Source: Basidiobolus meristosporus CBS 931.73
Taxonomy: Eukaryota; Fungi; Basidiobolomycota
Assembly (NCBI GenBank): GCA_002104905.1
Contig: MCFE01000416.1
Location: 14,917 to 78,916 of the forward strand
Length of the DNA stretch: 64,000 bases
Direction: 5' to 3'
Under the pieces are notes generated by a model. The model was not told the DNA's origin. It searched no databases and saw only the letters and a list, made by a program, of their open reading frames with translations. Of the stretch, positions 12,525 to 26,300 are shown in pieces. The first letter of the stretch is position 1; each line of letters opens with the position of its first letter. A program made the translations under genes and the position numbers.

Positions 12525-14351
12525 TCATTCGAGTGGGACGTTCACCTTGTAGGCCTTTATCAAGGGGCGGAGATCCTCTGGAGTAATTGCGTGGGCCGGT
12601 TCAGCCAGGAATCGGAAGACCTCTTCTAAAGCTGTGGAGTTTGTTAGCAGGGAATCCGTGGAGGGTGCGGGCGTTCTCGGGCTTACTTTTTTTGTCAGCT
12701 GAGGACATGAACATCATGATCATGTCGAATCGTTTGACTTGGCTAAGGTTCTTCAACACCTCGACTATCAACGAGGGTGGCTCCGACCTGTTGCAAAGCA
12801 GCGTCAGCACGGGAGATCTTAGCAGAATCCGATGATTAGGGGTACTTGATGTAATAGGTCTTCAACAGCTCGATTATCTTCGTCATGTAGCTGGATTCCA
12901 GAGAGCTTTTGAAAATAGCGGAGTAGTTGGCAGGCGCAATACACTAGGAAAATCATCAATACCGGGCCATGGCAATGTTAAGGCTGGGGCCAGGGCCTCG
13001 CAACATACCTTGAAATAGTGATACAATTTATCCGAGTCGTTGCGGTAGGTTTTCCATTGACGTTCAAATTCCAAGGTAGTCTTGGGCGGCACAAACTGGG
13101 GCATTGGCTTTTCCGCTTCTCTAGGAGGGGTGTCTACCGCATGGACCACGGTTGGTGGCGGCGTAGGTTTCTAAACGTGCATTGCAATCATTGGTAAGAG
13201 CCGGAAACGGGCGAAGTAATGGAGTGGTGACTAACGATCGGTTCAGGTTTCAGGGCCGGTGCTTGGATCGCACTCTTGATCTCCGGTTTCTGTAGATACT
13301 TAGAAGTTAGAGTTCTGTCTTCTTCGGGTGCTGCATACTTCTCATACCTGCTCGTGTGGTGCTTCGGTGGTGGGTGATGCCTCCTTTCTAGGTGTGTATT
13401 TGGTATTGAGGGGTGTTATCATATCGTCGTCATCGGCGTCTATCTCCTCTATCTCCAACCGTCTGCGGGGGGCTTTCGTTTTTGGAGGGTCGTTCGGCTT
13501 TTTCTGGGATTTCAGGGCCTCGGTGGTTAGGCGCAACTCGTTTTTCACCGCCTGATTGGATGCTTCTATCTTCAACGCTTTCTCTAAATCTAATATCAAG
13601 TCAGCAGATGGACCTCTTGAAGGTGGTTCGACTGGGATACCTTGCTTTGCTTCCGACAATTTTGCCATATGACGACGTGCAATACCCCGACGCCACAATG
13701 CTTTGAGGTTGTTGGGATCAATGCCTAAGCCTAATGTGCAATCCTTCTCTGCTTCGGGATATCTAAAACGATTTAGCCATCAACATCTCTACGTTGCTGG
13801 AGCATGCATCAATCCGAACCTCTGAAGTTTGAGATAAGCCATGGCGCGATTGATGGGGAACACAGCATTCAAAGGATCCAACTCGATACTTCTAGAGTAA
13901 TACTGAATCGCTTGTTCGTACTCGCCTTTTTTAAAATGTTCATTTCCCTATATAGACCTCGTAAACACTTGGGTGGAGCTGAGCAAACGTGTACACAGTA
14001 AATTACTCGATCTTTTTCGCCGATCGCCTCGAGCTTACGCTTCTCTTTGTCCTTTGTTTCTTTCAAAGGAAGGTCCACTTTCTCCTTGGTGCCCGACTTG
14101 TTTGTAGGCTTGGTGGCTATTTTTTGGAGTTTTTGTAGCGCAGGTTTGTCCGAGAGCGTTATTTCCTTGAATTCCCTAATTGGTGGATACTCCTGGTCGG
14201 AGGTCAATTGTCGTGCCTGATCCCCAAGTTAATACACTCCTCAAACCTCATAGCAGGGAACCTTCTTGGCCGTCCTATCTTTCTCGGCAATCTCAGCTTG
14301 CCAACTCAGAAGCTCCTTCACTAGTGCCTGGTACTGGTCCGAACTATTCAT
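12525..14351 (-). CDS. RPAP3: RPAP3/Spag1-like TPR co-chaperone (R2TP) with C-terminal RPAP3_C domain; multi-exon
   Basis: Start MNSSDQYQALVKELLSWQAEIAEKD; TPRs GNEHFKKGEYEQAIQYYSRSIELDPLNAVFPINRAMAYLKL and DPNNLKALWRRGIARRHM; C-terminal PKTTLEFERQWKTY and LKNLSQVKRFDMIMMFMSSADK; stop after AYKVNVPLE. Confidence 0.82.
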
Positions 14352-14887
14352 TGTTGGTGCTCGTCGTGCTCAGCGAGGTCCGAGGAAACGGATAAAAAAG
14401 AAACCAGTGTATTTACTTGATGGATTGGTGATGGATTGATTTGACGGGTAATCTGATCATGGATCCATACATATGCATTAGCCACCTTGATATATGTATC
14501 AGGATTTGATAGATGCATTGTAAGCTTAACATTGGGCAGACATGTTACTTGATAATACGTCGCAGAACAGTCTTTTGGACACTTGGGAAAAGTCACTAAG
14601 CTTGTCCGATGTTCAGAAAGAGAGTATCCAGCAACTAGAGGAGAAATGTCTGGAGCTGCCCTGGCCGGAGCAGGTGTGTTGTCTGCAGGACTATCTTTGA
14701 TTTTCGGAATGTTAATGTCTTTTCATCTGTAAACTGTACTTTTCTTGACCAGCATCTTGTCGAACCGGTAGCTCAATCTTTGCTAACCATCAACAACGGG
14801 CCAAAGAGATCCCGAACCCCGATATATCTTCCTCGTTCGAACTCCGCGCTTAGTCTACAGGCCGAGATATTCCCTAGCTCCACCAAG

Positions 14888-17800
14888 ATGGCCGCCGAAA
14901 GCATAGGGATCAAAGAACCCATCGAAAACACTCAGCAATTTCTAGATTGGTTCGCAAAGATGGAAACGGAAATGGAAAGGGAGCAAGAAGACGTCTACAG
15001 GTACCCCCGAACCCAAAGCCGTTGTGGCCACCAGATGTACTCAACTTTGCTCGTAGAGCCTATCTCGAAACCGCGCGCTTCTATCGCAACTCGTGTGACA
15101 AATTACTCGAGCAGATTCAGAATATTCGGCAATATTTGGAGAAGCTCACTTTGGAGTACGAAACTGTCGAAAGCAAAACTGGCTCAATCCACCAAGCCTG
15201 CGAGCGACTGTTGGACGAGCAAGTAGCGTATTTTTGTTGTGGCGAGGTTTGATTGTGTTGTCCTACTTACGCTACTTTACGAACCCAGGAAAACTTCATG
15301 AACCTCTCGACCATCCTCGAGAAAAATCTTTCCCACTTCAACGAACTGGACTCCATCAACCGTTTCCTCAGCTCGCCTAGTGAAAGTATATGTCTGCAGC
15401 CGGAATTCATCCAGGTGTTGGGGAAAATCGACGAGTGTATAGAATATGTCAACCAAAATGTGAGAGCGTACGCCCAGTGCATGCATCTGAACTAGTGTTA
15501 ACCTTGTCGAGTAGCCCGAGTTTAGGGAAACCGAGTTGTACTCCTTACGATTTAGACAATGCATGAGCCGTGGTTTGTCGTTGATAAGAGGTCACGTCAT
15601 TGAGAGTCTGAAAGCCCTCAACTCAGATACCTCAAAGCAAAGCAAAGTAACTCGTCTTTACCTCAAACTTATTCTGGATATTGATTCTCATGCTATTCAT
15701 CCGAAGCCCTCAACACATAGGACCGGGCTCTTCAACGTGCGTCTGCGGGCTACGGCCAAAACTCTCCGGCCATTGATCGAACAGATAGAATCCCGGGTGA
15801 AAGGCTATCCAGAGTGAGATCCAATTGCCCTAGCTCCTAGCGACTGTCCATCCCTGACGTTCTTTAGTTACGAGTCACTACTAGAAGATTGCCAGGACTG
15901 CTATCTTTACGTTCGCCAGCAAATGCTATACCCGGTGGTGGCCGAGAACATCCGCGAGCTAATCAATAGCAACAGCGACATCCTGGACTTTGTAAGTTCA
16001 TTTCACATACTGATGACGAAGAGCATTCTCTTACACCACTTCAAGACAAGAAATAGCTGCGCGTATATCATGAGTTTGAGCGCCGAAGAGTACTACATGT
16101 TCCACGAGTTTTGCACCAATGGAGATGAGGCACTCAAGTAATGTTCGATGTGGTGTTCATTGAGATGATCTCTCCTAACGATGACCTTGTACTTTAGTAA
16201 GCATCTGGAGGGCCTAGTGAATTTCTTCTACGATCGTCTACGGCCTCAAATCCTCAAGGAGGCCAAAGTAGAGACGCTCTCGGAGCTCTGTCACTTGTTA
16301 CAAATATATCTGGTGGAGGATATGAACGGCATAGGTACGCACTGGAACAGGCTCGCATTGTTCTTTTCTTCTGACGGTTTCCCGTAGACATGGACCGAGA
16401 GGGCCAGGCATTTAGGTCCATGGTCATGCAAATTCTCCAGGACTCACAGGATCGCCTGGCTACTCAGGCCAGAATGTTCATCAAAAATGAAATCCAAGCC
16501 TTTGTGGCGGAATCTGAGGATCTCAACTGTCCCACTGAGCCGAAAAGTAATTCATAATCATCCCCGTGTGTCCCATGTATATTCCATTAACGTAATAATC
16601 ACGGCTCGATGTTAGCTCCCGACCAAGCATCCGAGGCGGTTACTTTGTCGATTCGGCTGTCGACAGAGGACGATGCCACTTCACCCGCCCCATCGACATC
16701 CACACTGGAAGTATCCCCAGCATTAACTGGTCTTTATCCCACTACATATATGGCATTCTGGATCATCTCCAAGCTTTTCCGCACGGTCAAGGTACTTGTT
16801 GCTAGAGCAACCGTGGTTCAGGCCATGTTTTAATATGTTGGAGTGTAGGAAATCACGTTTGAAGAACTATTGGGCGAAGCGCTTGTCACTACCTGCACCT
16901 CGTTTATCTCCGCTTCCAATGATATCCAGAAGGAGAAGGTATGCATGGAGTGCATTCTGTAAATCACTAGATGATGCACCAACCTGCTCAACTCGATTCA
17001 ATAATCATCGTGTAGGGCTCTCTAGATGCAAAACTATTCCTAATCAAGCACCTGCTAGCTCTCAAGGAGTATGTCACCTCATTTGACGCTGAATCCATCG
17101 CATTCCGCCACACTCTAACCAGAAGTAGACAACCACTCGACTTCAGCCAAAGATGCATATCTCTAACTGTCTATCGATAGCCAACTCTCAGAGCTCGTCA
17201 AGAAAGAGTTCAATCCTTGGCCCCATCATCGGTTTGGCTGCGCTAAGATCCCAGGAGAGCGAGGGTGTCGATGGAAGAGAGGTTAGCACGATCTCCACTC
17301 TTTGGCCATGAATGTCATGGAATTGACTTGTCGTTGGATAGGAATTGGACAGAATACTGAAGGAAGCTTGTGAATCCTTTGTTTCAATCGGAGTTGACGG
17401 CGTGGCTGATTCTATTAGTCAGGTATCAACCTTTGCTTGAATTCTCCAATCCATCCATTCTAACGTAGACGTCCCAGGAGCCTTCGAACGAGAAGCAGGG
17501 TAAGTGCACGTCCGTTCGCACATCTCCTCGATGGCTCTTAACTCAATCATGTATAGGTGAGCTGCAGAGTGCGTATGACGAATTCCGTAAAGCTATCGAA
17601 GAACGAACCGATCTGCTACACGCCAAGTTGGGACGGTTCATACGAGATGTGAACGTCGAGAAGATTTTCATGAACCAAGTGAAGGTATTGAAAGCACGAT
17701 CAAGTCGAATACTGCAGCCACTAACCCGGATCTACGAACCCCCGCTGTAGGGAAACTTTCTGGACAGCTATATCGTATTTTTCCGAAACATCTCGAAGGA

Positions 17801-17897
17801 ATTCGACAGAGACCTCTTACGGGAGAAATTCCTTCTGCCCGAGGATTTCGGTACGTGGTTGGCTGATCTGCACGCTGCAGTTCCAGCTCCAGCGTGA
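14888..17897 (+). CDS. COG3: Conserved oligomeric Golgi complex subunit 3 (Cog3/Sec34); many short introns
   Basis: MAAESIGIKEPIENTQQFLDWFAKMETEMERE; LEKNLSHFNELDSINRFL; FYDRLRPQILKEAKVETLSELC; DAKLFLIKHLLALKE; ELDRILKEACESF; stop after AAVPAPA. Confidence 0.9.
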
Positions 17898-18171
17898 GCG
17901 CAAGCGTGAATATTCGTTGAATCTTTTTTGAATAAATTGCCATCGTTCGCGAATCAAACGGGGACTTGATAGATTCTGGAATGAATGGCATCCACAATGC
18001 CAGGGTTTTTTTTTACCCATATTGAGAAAAAAATCCGTTTAATCAACGGGTGTGATTTAAGGCAATAAAGAAGCAGTCCTTTTGGTTTACGGGGAGTAAA
18101 TAGTTTAGGTTGAACCTCTATTTGCGTTACAGAAACCTTCCTCGAATAGTGAAGCGAAGTGATAGTGTTCG

Positions 18172-20217
18172 ATGCCGAGATTATCTGGAAATATTTACAC
18201 TCAAACAAGCGATACTGTCTCCACCGAGAATGTGGCCGAAACCACCCCAAGAAAACGGAGAAGAGCTAATGCAAAGGTTCCAGAAGAGTCTGTCACCCCA
18301 AATGTAGAGGATGTGCTTACCGGAAATGATGAGTATGTTTGTCAGAGCATCAGAAGTTCGAGCCTTACCGTAGACATAACCCTTCTTTCTTCCAAACATG
18401 TAGCTACTTGTTGGTAACTTCTGCCATGGATGTGCTCCGACACCAATTGGACCAAGCAAGAAAAGACATCAGCAAACTTTCCGAGTTGAAAGAAAAGGCG
18501 TTGGCCGATCCTATCACATTCGTCACACAACTGCGTGAGAGGGTAAGTGGGTGCCAGCTGGTTCGAGGAAAATCCCCATTTCTCACCCGGCTATATAGAG
18601 AAACGAGAAGCCCCCCAAATTGCAAAGAGTGGTTGCCATTCCCGCGATCGACTTGGACAAATACGTTTCTCGCGTTAAAAGGGGCACCCAAGGTATGCTG
18701 CCAACCGAATTGCTCCCAGGGAAATCTTCTCATTTCGTTTTCGTCTAGATATCTCCCTCAATTTTTCCCCATTACAAAGGCCACCCCTTTATAAGGTAGT
18801 CAAGTCGGCCTCACTTATCTCTTTGTCTCCTTACTGACGCTCTTCCCAGTCGATTTTGTCTAGCACAAGCGCCCAGCTCCCTGCAGATGGTGTCGCATCG
18901 GCCACCGCGTCAAAAGCTTCAAGTCCAACATCAATTGAGATAGAATCCAACAACAAAGCCGATGTAAAACAAGAAGAGCTCAATGAATACTTCCCTCCAT
19001 CACAGACAGCGACTGAAGTGAAATCCAACAAGCGTAGCATCAACGTAAATTCTAGACACTTGCTCTTTGGGCTGCTCCCACCTTAGCATTAACCGTTGGG
19101 TTGTAGGATGTAGATCAGGGTGACAAACCAATGAGTTTCAACCAGCCGTGGTCGGATGAGGAACAGGTATTGCTATTTGCCAATTCAGTTGATTGACCCG
19201 CTTGAATATTGAAACGGTTTGATTCAGGCTCGCTTAGTTGCTTACCTAGACGAGTTTCCCGAAGAGCCCATTCAATCGCAGCGTTTCTTGAAGATCTCGA
19301 AGGCTCTAGGAACTAGAACACCTAAGCAAGTGGCTAGTCGAGTGCAGAAATATTTCATCAAACTGGCGAAAGCTGGCCTGCCTGTCCCTGGAAGAATGCC
19401 AAACATGGCCATCTACGTAAGAACCGTCAATCTCAATGGGTTGCCAAAACGTAGCGTTCTTACACTTATCCCAACAGAATAAACCAGCAGCAAGCAGCCG
19501 GAAACCGTCGGAAAAGAAGAAGACACCGCCACCCAAAAAACAGAAGACGGAAAGCAGGCCGGGATACTCCAATAGGTACATCGTAGATGCTTCATATTGG
19601 CAAAACAAGTTACTGACTTGCCGCATAAGGTTTTCTGGTGCACAGTATCTGACTGGTCCTATTACACCAACCGTACTCATGTCAGATGATGATGAAGCTG
19701 CCGAATCATCAACGGTGCGGGCTCCTCCTGCTGCTCGTAAATCTGTAGGCTATTTCTCGCTGGCCCTTACGCCTACACTGTCCTAACATATTTACGTCTT
19801 ATAGACACCTAAAAGTTCTCCACCTGCCGCTGCTTCATCTTCTGCTCATCACGGTTACAAGGTAAATGCCTTACATCCCACATATCAGCAAAGACGCACG
19901 AACTCATTCGCTTTGTAGTGCGATAACTGTCTTATAGAGCCCATTGTCGGCGCAAGGTGGACCTGTACAGACTGCGACGAGGACCACCAAGTTGACCTGT
20001 GTAATTCATGTCACGCATCTGGTGATTTCCAGAACGGTAATCCTTATATAGTCCCAGCCTGGATGTATGTATATATGCTAATCATTTTCGCCGCGTAGAT
20101 CATCATGATCCATCACATGCCTTCCAAAAGGTTTCCCTGGGGGATGATGCCTATTATTATCAAGACAATGACTATAACGAGCAGCCTGCTGGCGAGTACA
20201 GCTACCTGGTGATGTAG
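18172..20217 (+). CDS. ZZZ3: ZZZ3-like protein (coiled coil + SANT/Myb + ZZ zinc finger); ATAC-complex subunit in animals
   Basis: [39 protein letters not shown]; [13 protein letters not shown]|[58 protein letters not shown]; ZZ HHGYK|[31 protein letters not shown]; tail EYSYL. Confidence 0.88.
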
Positions 20218-20630
20218 TGGTTCCAACCGACATGCTGGCCACTATCCTACTCAAGTCGTGTATTTATAATATGTAAAATAGTTTCGAGTACTCAAATCTT
20301 GGTTCTTGAGAAGGGACTACTTGAATAAACAAGAAAGATCAAAAACCAACAATTCTCTGTAGAGTTGCCAAGTGGACGTGTTGAATGCTACACTCTTTAT
20401 TAGTTGGGTTTGGGGGGGGGAGGTCTCGAGTCACAGGGATTCCATGGGGCTCTGTCGAGGATCTAAGGGAGAGAAAGGGTGATTAGTGTGAGCGAAAACG
20501 GTTTACGCGTAGAATGGGGATTTCTAGGAAAAGGGTTTCCATCAGAACATATAGGTTATCACGGTTGTACCAAACCGTAGAAGTCACCAGAGGTAACTTT
20601 AAGGTTAATAAGTGCAACTCATCTTCGCCT

Positions 20631-21016
20631 TTAAATATTCATCACTGGAAAGGCAAGGCTTGCTTGAAAAACAAGCAACCACGCCCAACGCGAGCTACAG
20701 TTGGCTCTTCCATTACCAGCATTCTCGTCGGAAGTAGACAGCGCCTTCCGTAATTCAGATTGAAAACTACATAAACACTTCCATGCAAGATCTACTACCT
20801 GAGGTAGCGTCGTGGTCAAGTGTGTGGAAATCATGTCTACATGCAACGGAAGTGTTCTACTATGGCTCCAAAGAGCGATAATGGCTTGAGAAAAGCTGCC
20901 TGTGTCGCGAAAAAGCTCATCGGATCTCTGTTCTAAGTAACACCTCATTGGTTAACTCCTGGTTCCGCCTCGGTGAGGTAAAAAGAAACCAAGAAAACCC
21001 GTAGGAAAATCCTCAT
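20631..21016 (-). other. Possible small secreted/GPI-anchored protein gene, split by a 1-bp frameshift near 20950 (speculative)
   Basis: ATG at 21016 gives MRIFLRVFLVSFYLTEAEPGVNQ* (signal-peptide-like). One extra C in AACCAATG would fuse it to the 105-aa ORF 20631-20948, which ends ..DENAGNGRANCSSRWAWLLVFQASLAFPVMNI. No homologue recognised. Confidence 0.25.
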
Positions 21017-21306
21017 GTGTACTCGACGTTTTTCGTCACTTGAGCAAACCCAGGTTCTCCAAGGAAACCAGTACAGTAAGAATGAAGTAACATAGGTTAA
21101 AAGAATAAATACCTAGCGCGAAAAGATGCGTGGAACTCAATTCTGACCTGCATCATCTTATATATATATCGGACATCCCCAATCAATTTGCCCAGCCAAA
21201 GATCAACCAATTTGGTCATCAAAACCCCGTAGAACAAACGATTCTCCGTATTCGGTTGACAAACCCTAACTGATAGTTTCGAAGGTGGTTCAGTTTAACG
21301 TGTACA

Positions 21307-23139
21307 ATGGCAAGTCAAGATCCGCTCGCTTTACTTCGAGAATACACCATCAACAAGAAGCCAGTCCAATTCCTCGATGAAGCTGGCCAGGTCGCCACCG
21401 ATCTGAAACAAGCCACGGAGATTACTTTTTCTGACCTCAAGTTTCCCAAAACCACCATCACGAAGTACAAAAAGAGTGGTTCGGAGGAGTTCTACACACT
21501 CGACACCCTAGTATTTCTGGTTCAGAACCTCACCCTCGACTATGGCTCACTGTTAAAGGAAAGTTTAAGCGCTGGCATTCCCACTGTTTCGTTCATTGAT
21601 CGCAAAGATCTGTTGGATTATTTGACCGGAGCCATCGAGATCAGCCCCAACGTGGTCACTGAAACTGGTAAACCTTTTATCTCCCTCACTTCGGTCCTCT
21701 CGAAAGCTTAACCCTTGGATTTCCCTTGTTCCCACCTCTCCACCTACCCTCCCTCCAAAAAGCGAAGCGTCCAGCCGAGGAGAGTAAGAAGGAGACAGAA
21801 GAAGCTGCCAAAAAGGCCAAGACCTCCACCACAGCCTTGGATCCATCGGTTCGTACCCGAAATGCACTGACTGACTTTCGTGTCCGGTCTAAATCTTGCT
21901 TCCCTCTCCGTTACCACAGAACGATTCGGAGTTCTCCAGAAAACTCAAGGAACGTGAACGCGAACTGAGCACCAAGGAAACCATTTTGAAAGGGACTAGG
22001 GTAGGTTGATTTCCTTGGAATTCCTGTTCACGCGGAGTGCTAATCTTCCGGCGGGAGCTAGTCGTTTTCATTCATTCAGAAGAAAGCGGCTACCATGATC
22101 AAGGATATCGAGAAGGAGCTGGTGGAGATGAAGAAGAAGCCGGAAGGCTCCAAAGACCCCAAGAATGGGTCAAATGGACGCGATCGACCAAGCCACCCAG
22201 GTACCTTCGTCTTTCTATGAAGCGGGGCCATCTGCATATACGTATATATATACTTAGCTTCTTTCATAGCATCCGGTCATCCCAGCACTCGCCATCCTAG
22301 CTCATCCCATGGAGCAAAGTCGTCACGACACATGTCGAAAGGTGGAACCCCGTCAAATCCACATCGTTCATCGCTTGTTACTTATCTACATTGTTGCCGC
22401 AGATGCCCGTACTCCAATCATCATTGTCCCGGCTGCTGCCACTTCGCTGATAACACTGTACAACATCAAGCCGTTCTTAGAGGAGCATAAGTAAGTGCCA
22501 ACACGTAGCCTCCATCTATCGACCACCGAACTCACAAGGGGTTCCCAGGTATGTTGATACTCAAAGTATTCGAGACTCTGGGATGAAAAAGCCACACATG
22601 GTGGAAATCAAGCGAAAGAAGCCCGGCCAAGTGCACCCAGTGGTCTATCAAGTGTTCGACTCGGTGGATCACTTCAAGAGCGAGGACTGGTAAGAGTCTG
22701 TTCTGCCCATACAAAGTCAAGAACTCACCCACCAAACCTACTTCAAAAGGGACAGAGTGGTTTGCGTCTTTACTACGGGGGCGACATGGCAATTCAAAAA
22801 CTGGGTTTGGCAGTCGCCTATGGATATCTTCAGTCAAGGTACTTAGCGAGCAGCATTGATTACCACCCAGTTCCCAGCCCCTTAGTTAACCTTTCCAACC
22901 ACAGCCCAAGGTTTCTACGTTGACTTTGCCGACAACGATCCAAAGGACCACGTCAGAGGATGGAATGTCCATGTGTTGAGGGTTCGTTAACTTGCCGTCG
23001 TCGGGCACCTCTTCTCCTACTAACAACCGATTCGCAGATTCACCGTGCCAAACGCCACACTGACAAAGCCATCATCTTTCAGCTCTGGGATACACTCGAC
23101 GCCTTCTGTCACGCGAAGAAGCCGCAGCTGAATTGTTAA
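21307..23139 (+). CDS. CDC73: Paf1 complex subunit Cdc73/parafibromin; multi-exon
   Basis: MASQDPLALLREYT..YTLDTLVFLV..IPTVSFIDRKDLLDYLTG; C-domain RTPIIIVPAAATSLITLYNIKPFLE, DWDRVVCVFTTGATWQFKNW, HRAKRHTDKAIIFQLWDTLD. Confidence 0.93.
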
Positions 23140-23352
23140 TACACCTCACCCACACGGTTCTTTTTAGGTCATTTAGAGAAAGACCGACCCGGCAGATGTC
23201 AGAGCAAGCTCCTGAGAAAAGGGGGTTTTATTGTTGTTTGTATCATACCATTTTGTCAAGGTAATTAAGTGATTAAATAAATTAAGTTCCAAGATAGCTT
23301 CGGGGTCTTCCATGGCTTCATATGATATATACAATGGTATGGAGACGAGCGC

Positions 23353-26300
23353 TCAAAAGCCTTGATTGGACGGCTCTTTCTTCATCGCCATGCCCGCCAT
23401 TAGTTTCCGGATCTTGGCTGATGCCAGCGAGGATGTTGTGCTGACATATTGGGTGGTGGCGTGAGTAGCATCCGACAGGTTGAGTCCCAGCGACAGAGGG
23501 TTCAGGTAGGGAGAGTTCTCGGAGGGTGGGTTGGGGATCTTCTTGTGGTACGCATCTAAAAATGGTTGCATGTCCGTCTTTTTCAATCCCTAAGCCGAAG
23601 GAGGTGGCGAGGTTAGGGGAGAGTTGGGGTTGTGGAGGTTGGGTTTGGGGCTTACCTTCAGCTCAAGGACCTTCTGGTAGTTGATGAACGTGGCGTCCGG
23701 GCAGAGCAGAATGTACTTCTCAATGAAAGAATCCGGATTTTCTTGAGGGTTCATTGGTGCGAGGATGACTTTGAGAAGCCCTTCAAGTCTGCTGGCTCCT
23801 TTGTTGACAAACTTGACGTAGCTTGGGTGGTAATGGAGCGTTAGTATTGGGGCCTCGATCCAGGTGACCAAGCAATACATACGTTGATGGGGGAGTGCCA
23901 GACTCGGACATCCCTGAAAATGGTAGCCTTAGAAGGATCGCTTTGACCACTTGGATATCTGACAGCATCTAGTTTGAATGAGGGTCAGTCATAGGCGCAG
24001 GTCAAGCTGTACTCGAAACACAGTTACTCGTTCGGCCACGGATTCCGTGATGCGCTTGCATTTGAAGATGTTGGTCATGTATCGATTGATGAACGTTCTG
24101 AAGAAAGAAATTAGTGCTGTGGTCCCCGGACCGCCGCTGTTGCCTGGCCACTAACCCTACAAATTTGTCACAGAAGGTTCGGAAGTATCTCTCATTGGTG
24201 ATGGACTGTCTTATCACCGACACATTCTCTTCCAGAATCGTTCCCAGTCCGGTGACATATTCGAGCTGATTCTTGGCTGTGTCCCCTGCTCCCCAGGTAA
24301 CCTTGGTCATTGCGTTAAGCTTCGATTCGCACAACGTGTCGATTCCCTGGACAAGGACACGGACACACGAATTGATGACACCTAGGAATGCCTCTCGCTG
24401 CGCCTCGAGGCTGACATGTTGCTTGAAATTCTCGTCGATCTTTTCGGTGAGCTTCTCTTCCAGCTGGGCGACCGAAGTTAGACAATAGTCGGCAGTGTTC
24501 AGGACCAGCGCGATGAGCTTCAGCTCTTCCTTGGCAAGGATCTTCTTCTCATCCCTAAAAAGAAACAACATCCATCAGCCATCCGAAATCCCCCGGGTCT
24601 CAGTGAGCTCTGATTACTTGGGAAGTTTGTCCAGCAGTATCTCTCTCCCGTAGATATCCAGCCATTTGGCAAACACCTTGGACAAGTCGAACATCGGCTT
24701 TCGATTGGAGAGCTTGGCACATTGGCTCAGCGTTTCCCGGTAAAAGTACAATAGGTCGGTGCTTGACGAGAAGACGGTGATGCTGGGGTCGGTGTCCGCC
24801 TCGGATTCCTTGTTCCGGAAATTACCAAACATCTCGCTCAGCGATCTACATGCAATATGAGTCGATGAATAACCAGTGAGTGTGCCCGTGGCCACCTACT
24901 TCTCTTGGGCCTCCACATAGCGGCTCAAGTAAGGTTCAAAGCAAATCGACACAATTCTGGTGAACTTCGAGTTCGCTTCTCTCGCCCTGGAATTGGTCTC
25001 CGCTACGTTCTAAAGGCGAATGAGTGGTTAACGATCACGCCCTGCAGCCGCATGCACGAGAGGAGGGTTACCGATGAAGTGAAGCGTCGGGCCAGCTGGT
25101 TTTCAAAGGCAACGGTGAGTTGAAGCACCTTAATCAACAGGCTTACGTCGAGGTCACTTGACTTGGCCAGGACGTCGTTCAAGTCCGACCTGAGTTGGAA
25201 CGATGGTCAGTCTACCTGGCAGCAATCATCCACAGCATCCCGAGGTACCTGGTGATCAGACAGAACGTTTCACACAAAGTCTCGTTCACCTTCCACTTGG
25301 CTGGGAAAACGCCGATGTACTCCTCATCATACACCTTCAAGAGCCGTCTTAACCAAGCAAACCGGCGCGAAGTGTTATCGAGCGCGGCTACCTAATCCGC
25401 AGAGACGTTAGCACGCATCGAGAGCGCGGCCATCTAAGACTTACCTCATCATCGCCGGTGAACAGCTTCCTGTATTCCCTGAGGTGCAGCTCACAGAACC
25501 ATTCGACCGTCTTGTTTCTAAAGAACCAGATTAAACCAACGCCCATGCCTGACAGGCCCATCGTGCTTACTGGAAATCCTCCCCGATCACCTCAATCAGA
25601 GTGCACATGTCATTAAGCTCTTGCTGAGGCCTCTTCAGAACACCCTGCGAGTTGAATCTAGACAGCGAATGGGTAAATAAAGCCCCTTGGCAAAACGTGC
25701 TCAACGCCCCCCTACCCAGCATGGAAATCCTCAGTCACCTGCTCTTTAAGGTTGAGCCGAATATTGTCTATGGAGGTGGTGATGTCGTGCACTTGTTTGA
25801 CGTTCTGATAGCTTTCGAAATGCGACTGTAGCTGTAGGACCGCCTAGCGTTGTTGTTCAGATTGTGCGCAGAGTGGGGTGCTACTACTGAGGGTCTACCT
25901 GTAGGATTTGGCCTGCCTCTTTGTATTGACGCTCATGAGCGAATAATTTCAGCTGGTCAACCGCGGTCACTAAAACAAGGCGGTAAGTCATCTGTTCGAC
26001 CGAGGGAGGCCAAGAAAGCGTAACCCAACCTAGCATCTGAAGTCTTCTGAGAGCGGTGATGGTGGTGGTGAGGTTTCGTTTGGCGTAGTCCAACGATTTG
26101 ATATCTTTCGTGATATCCTGTACAATATTCTCCGAATCCTTTGCTTTTTGCTTGATTAGGGTAATCTTATTGAACAGCTCCTAGAAAACAACTTCAATCA
26201 CCATTCCTAGGGGGTGGGGGTCAGTTTAGGGTCGTTTGGGTCCAAACCTCCATGGTCTTTTTCGTGGCTTCCAGCTCACGAGCTGTCTCGTCATCCGCTT

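Noticed and set aside
13633-13640. U12-like donor GTATCCC in RPAP3
   Set aside because: Deviates from the RTATCCTT consensus, and no U12 branch site was seen.
17060-17230. Possible frameshift or odd splicing in COG3 (LDFSQ motif apparently stranded)
   Set aside because: A normal GT-AG intron at 17125-17180 restores the frame. The exact model is uncertain without RNA-seq, but nothing unusual is required.
20795-20807. CTACCTGAGGTAG mini-hairpin resembling let-7 seed sequence
   Set aside because: A 5-bp stem is expected by chance; there is no precursor-length hairpin.
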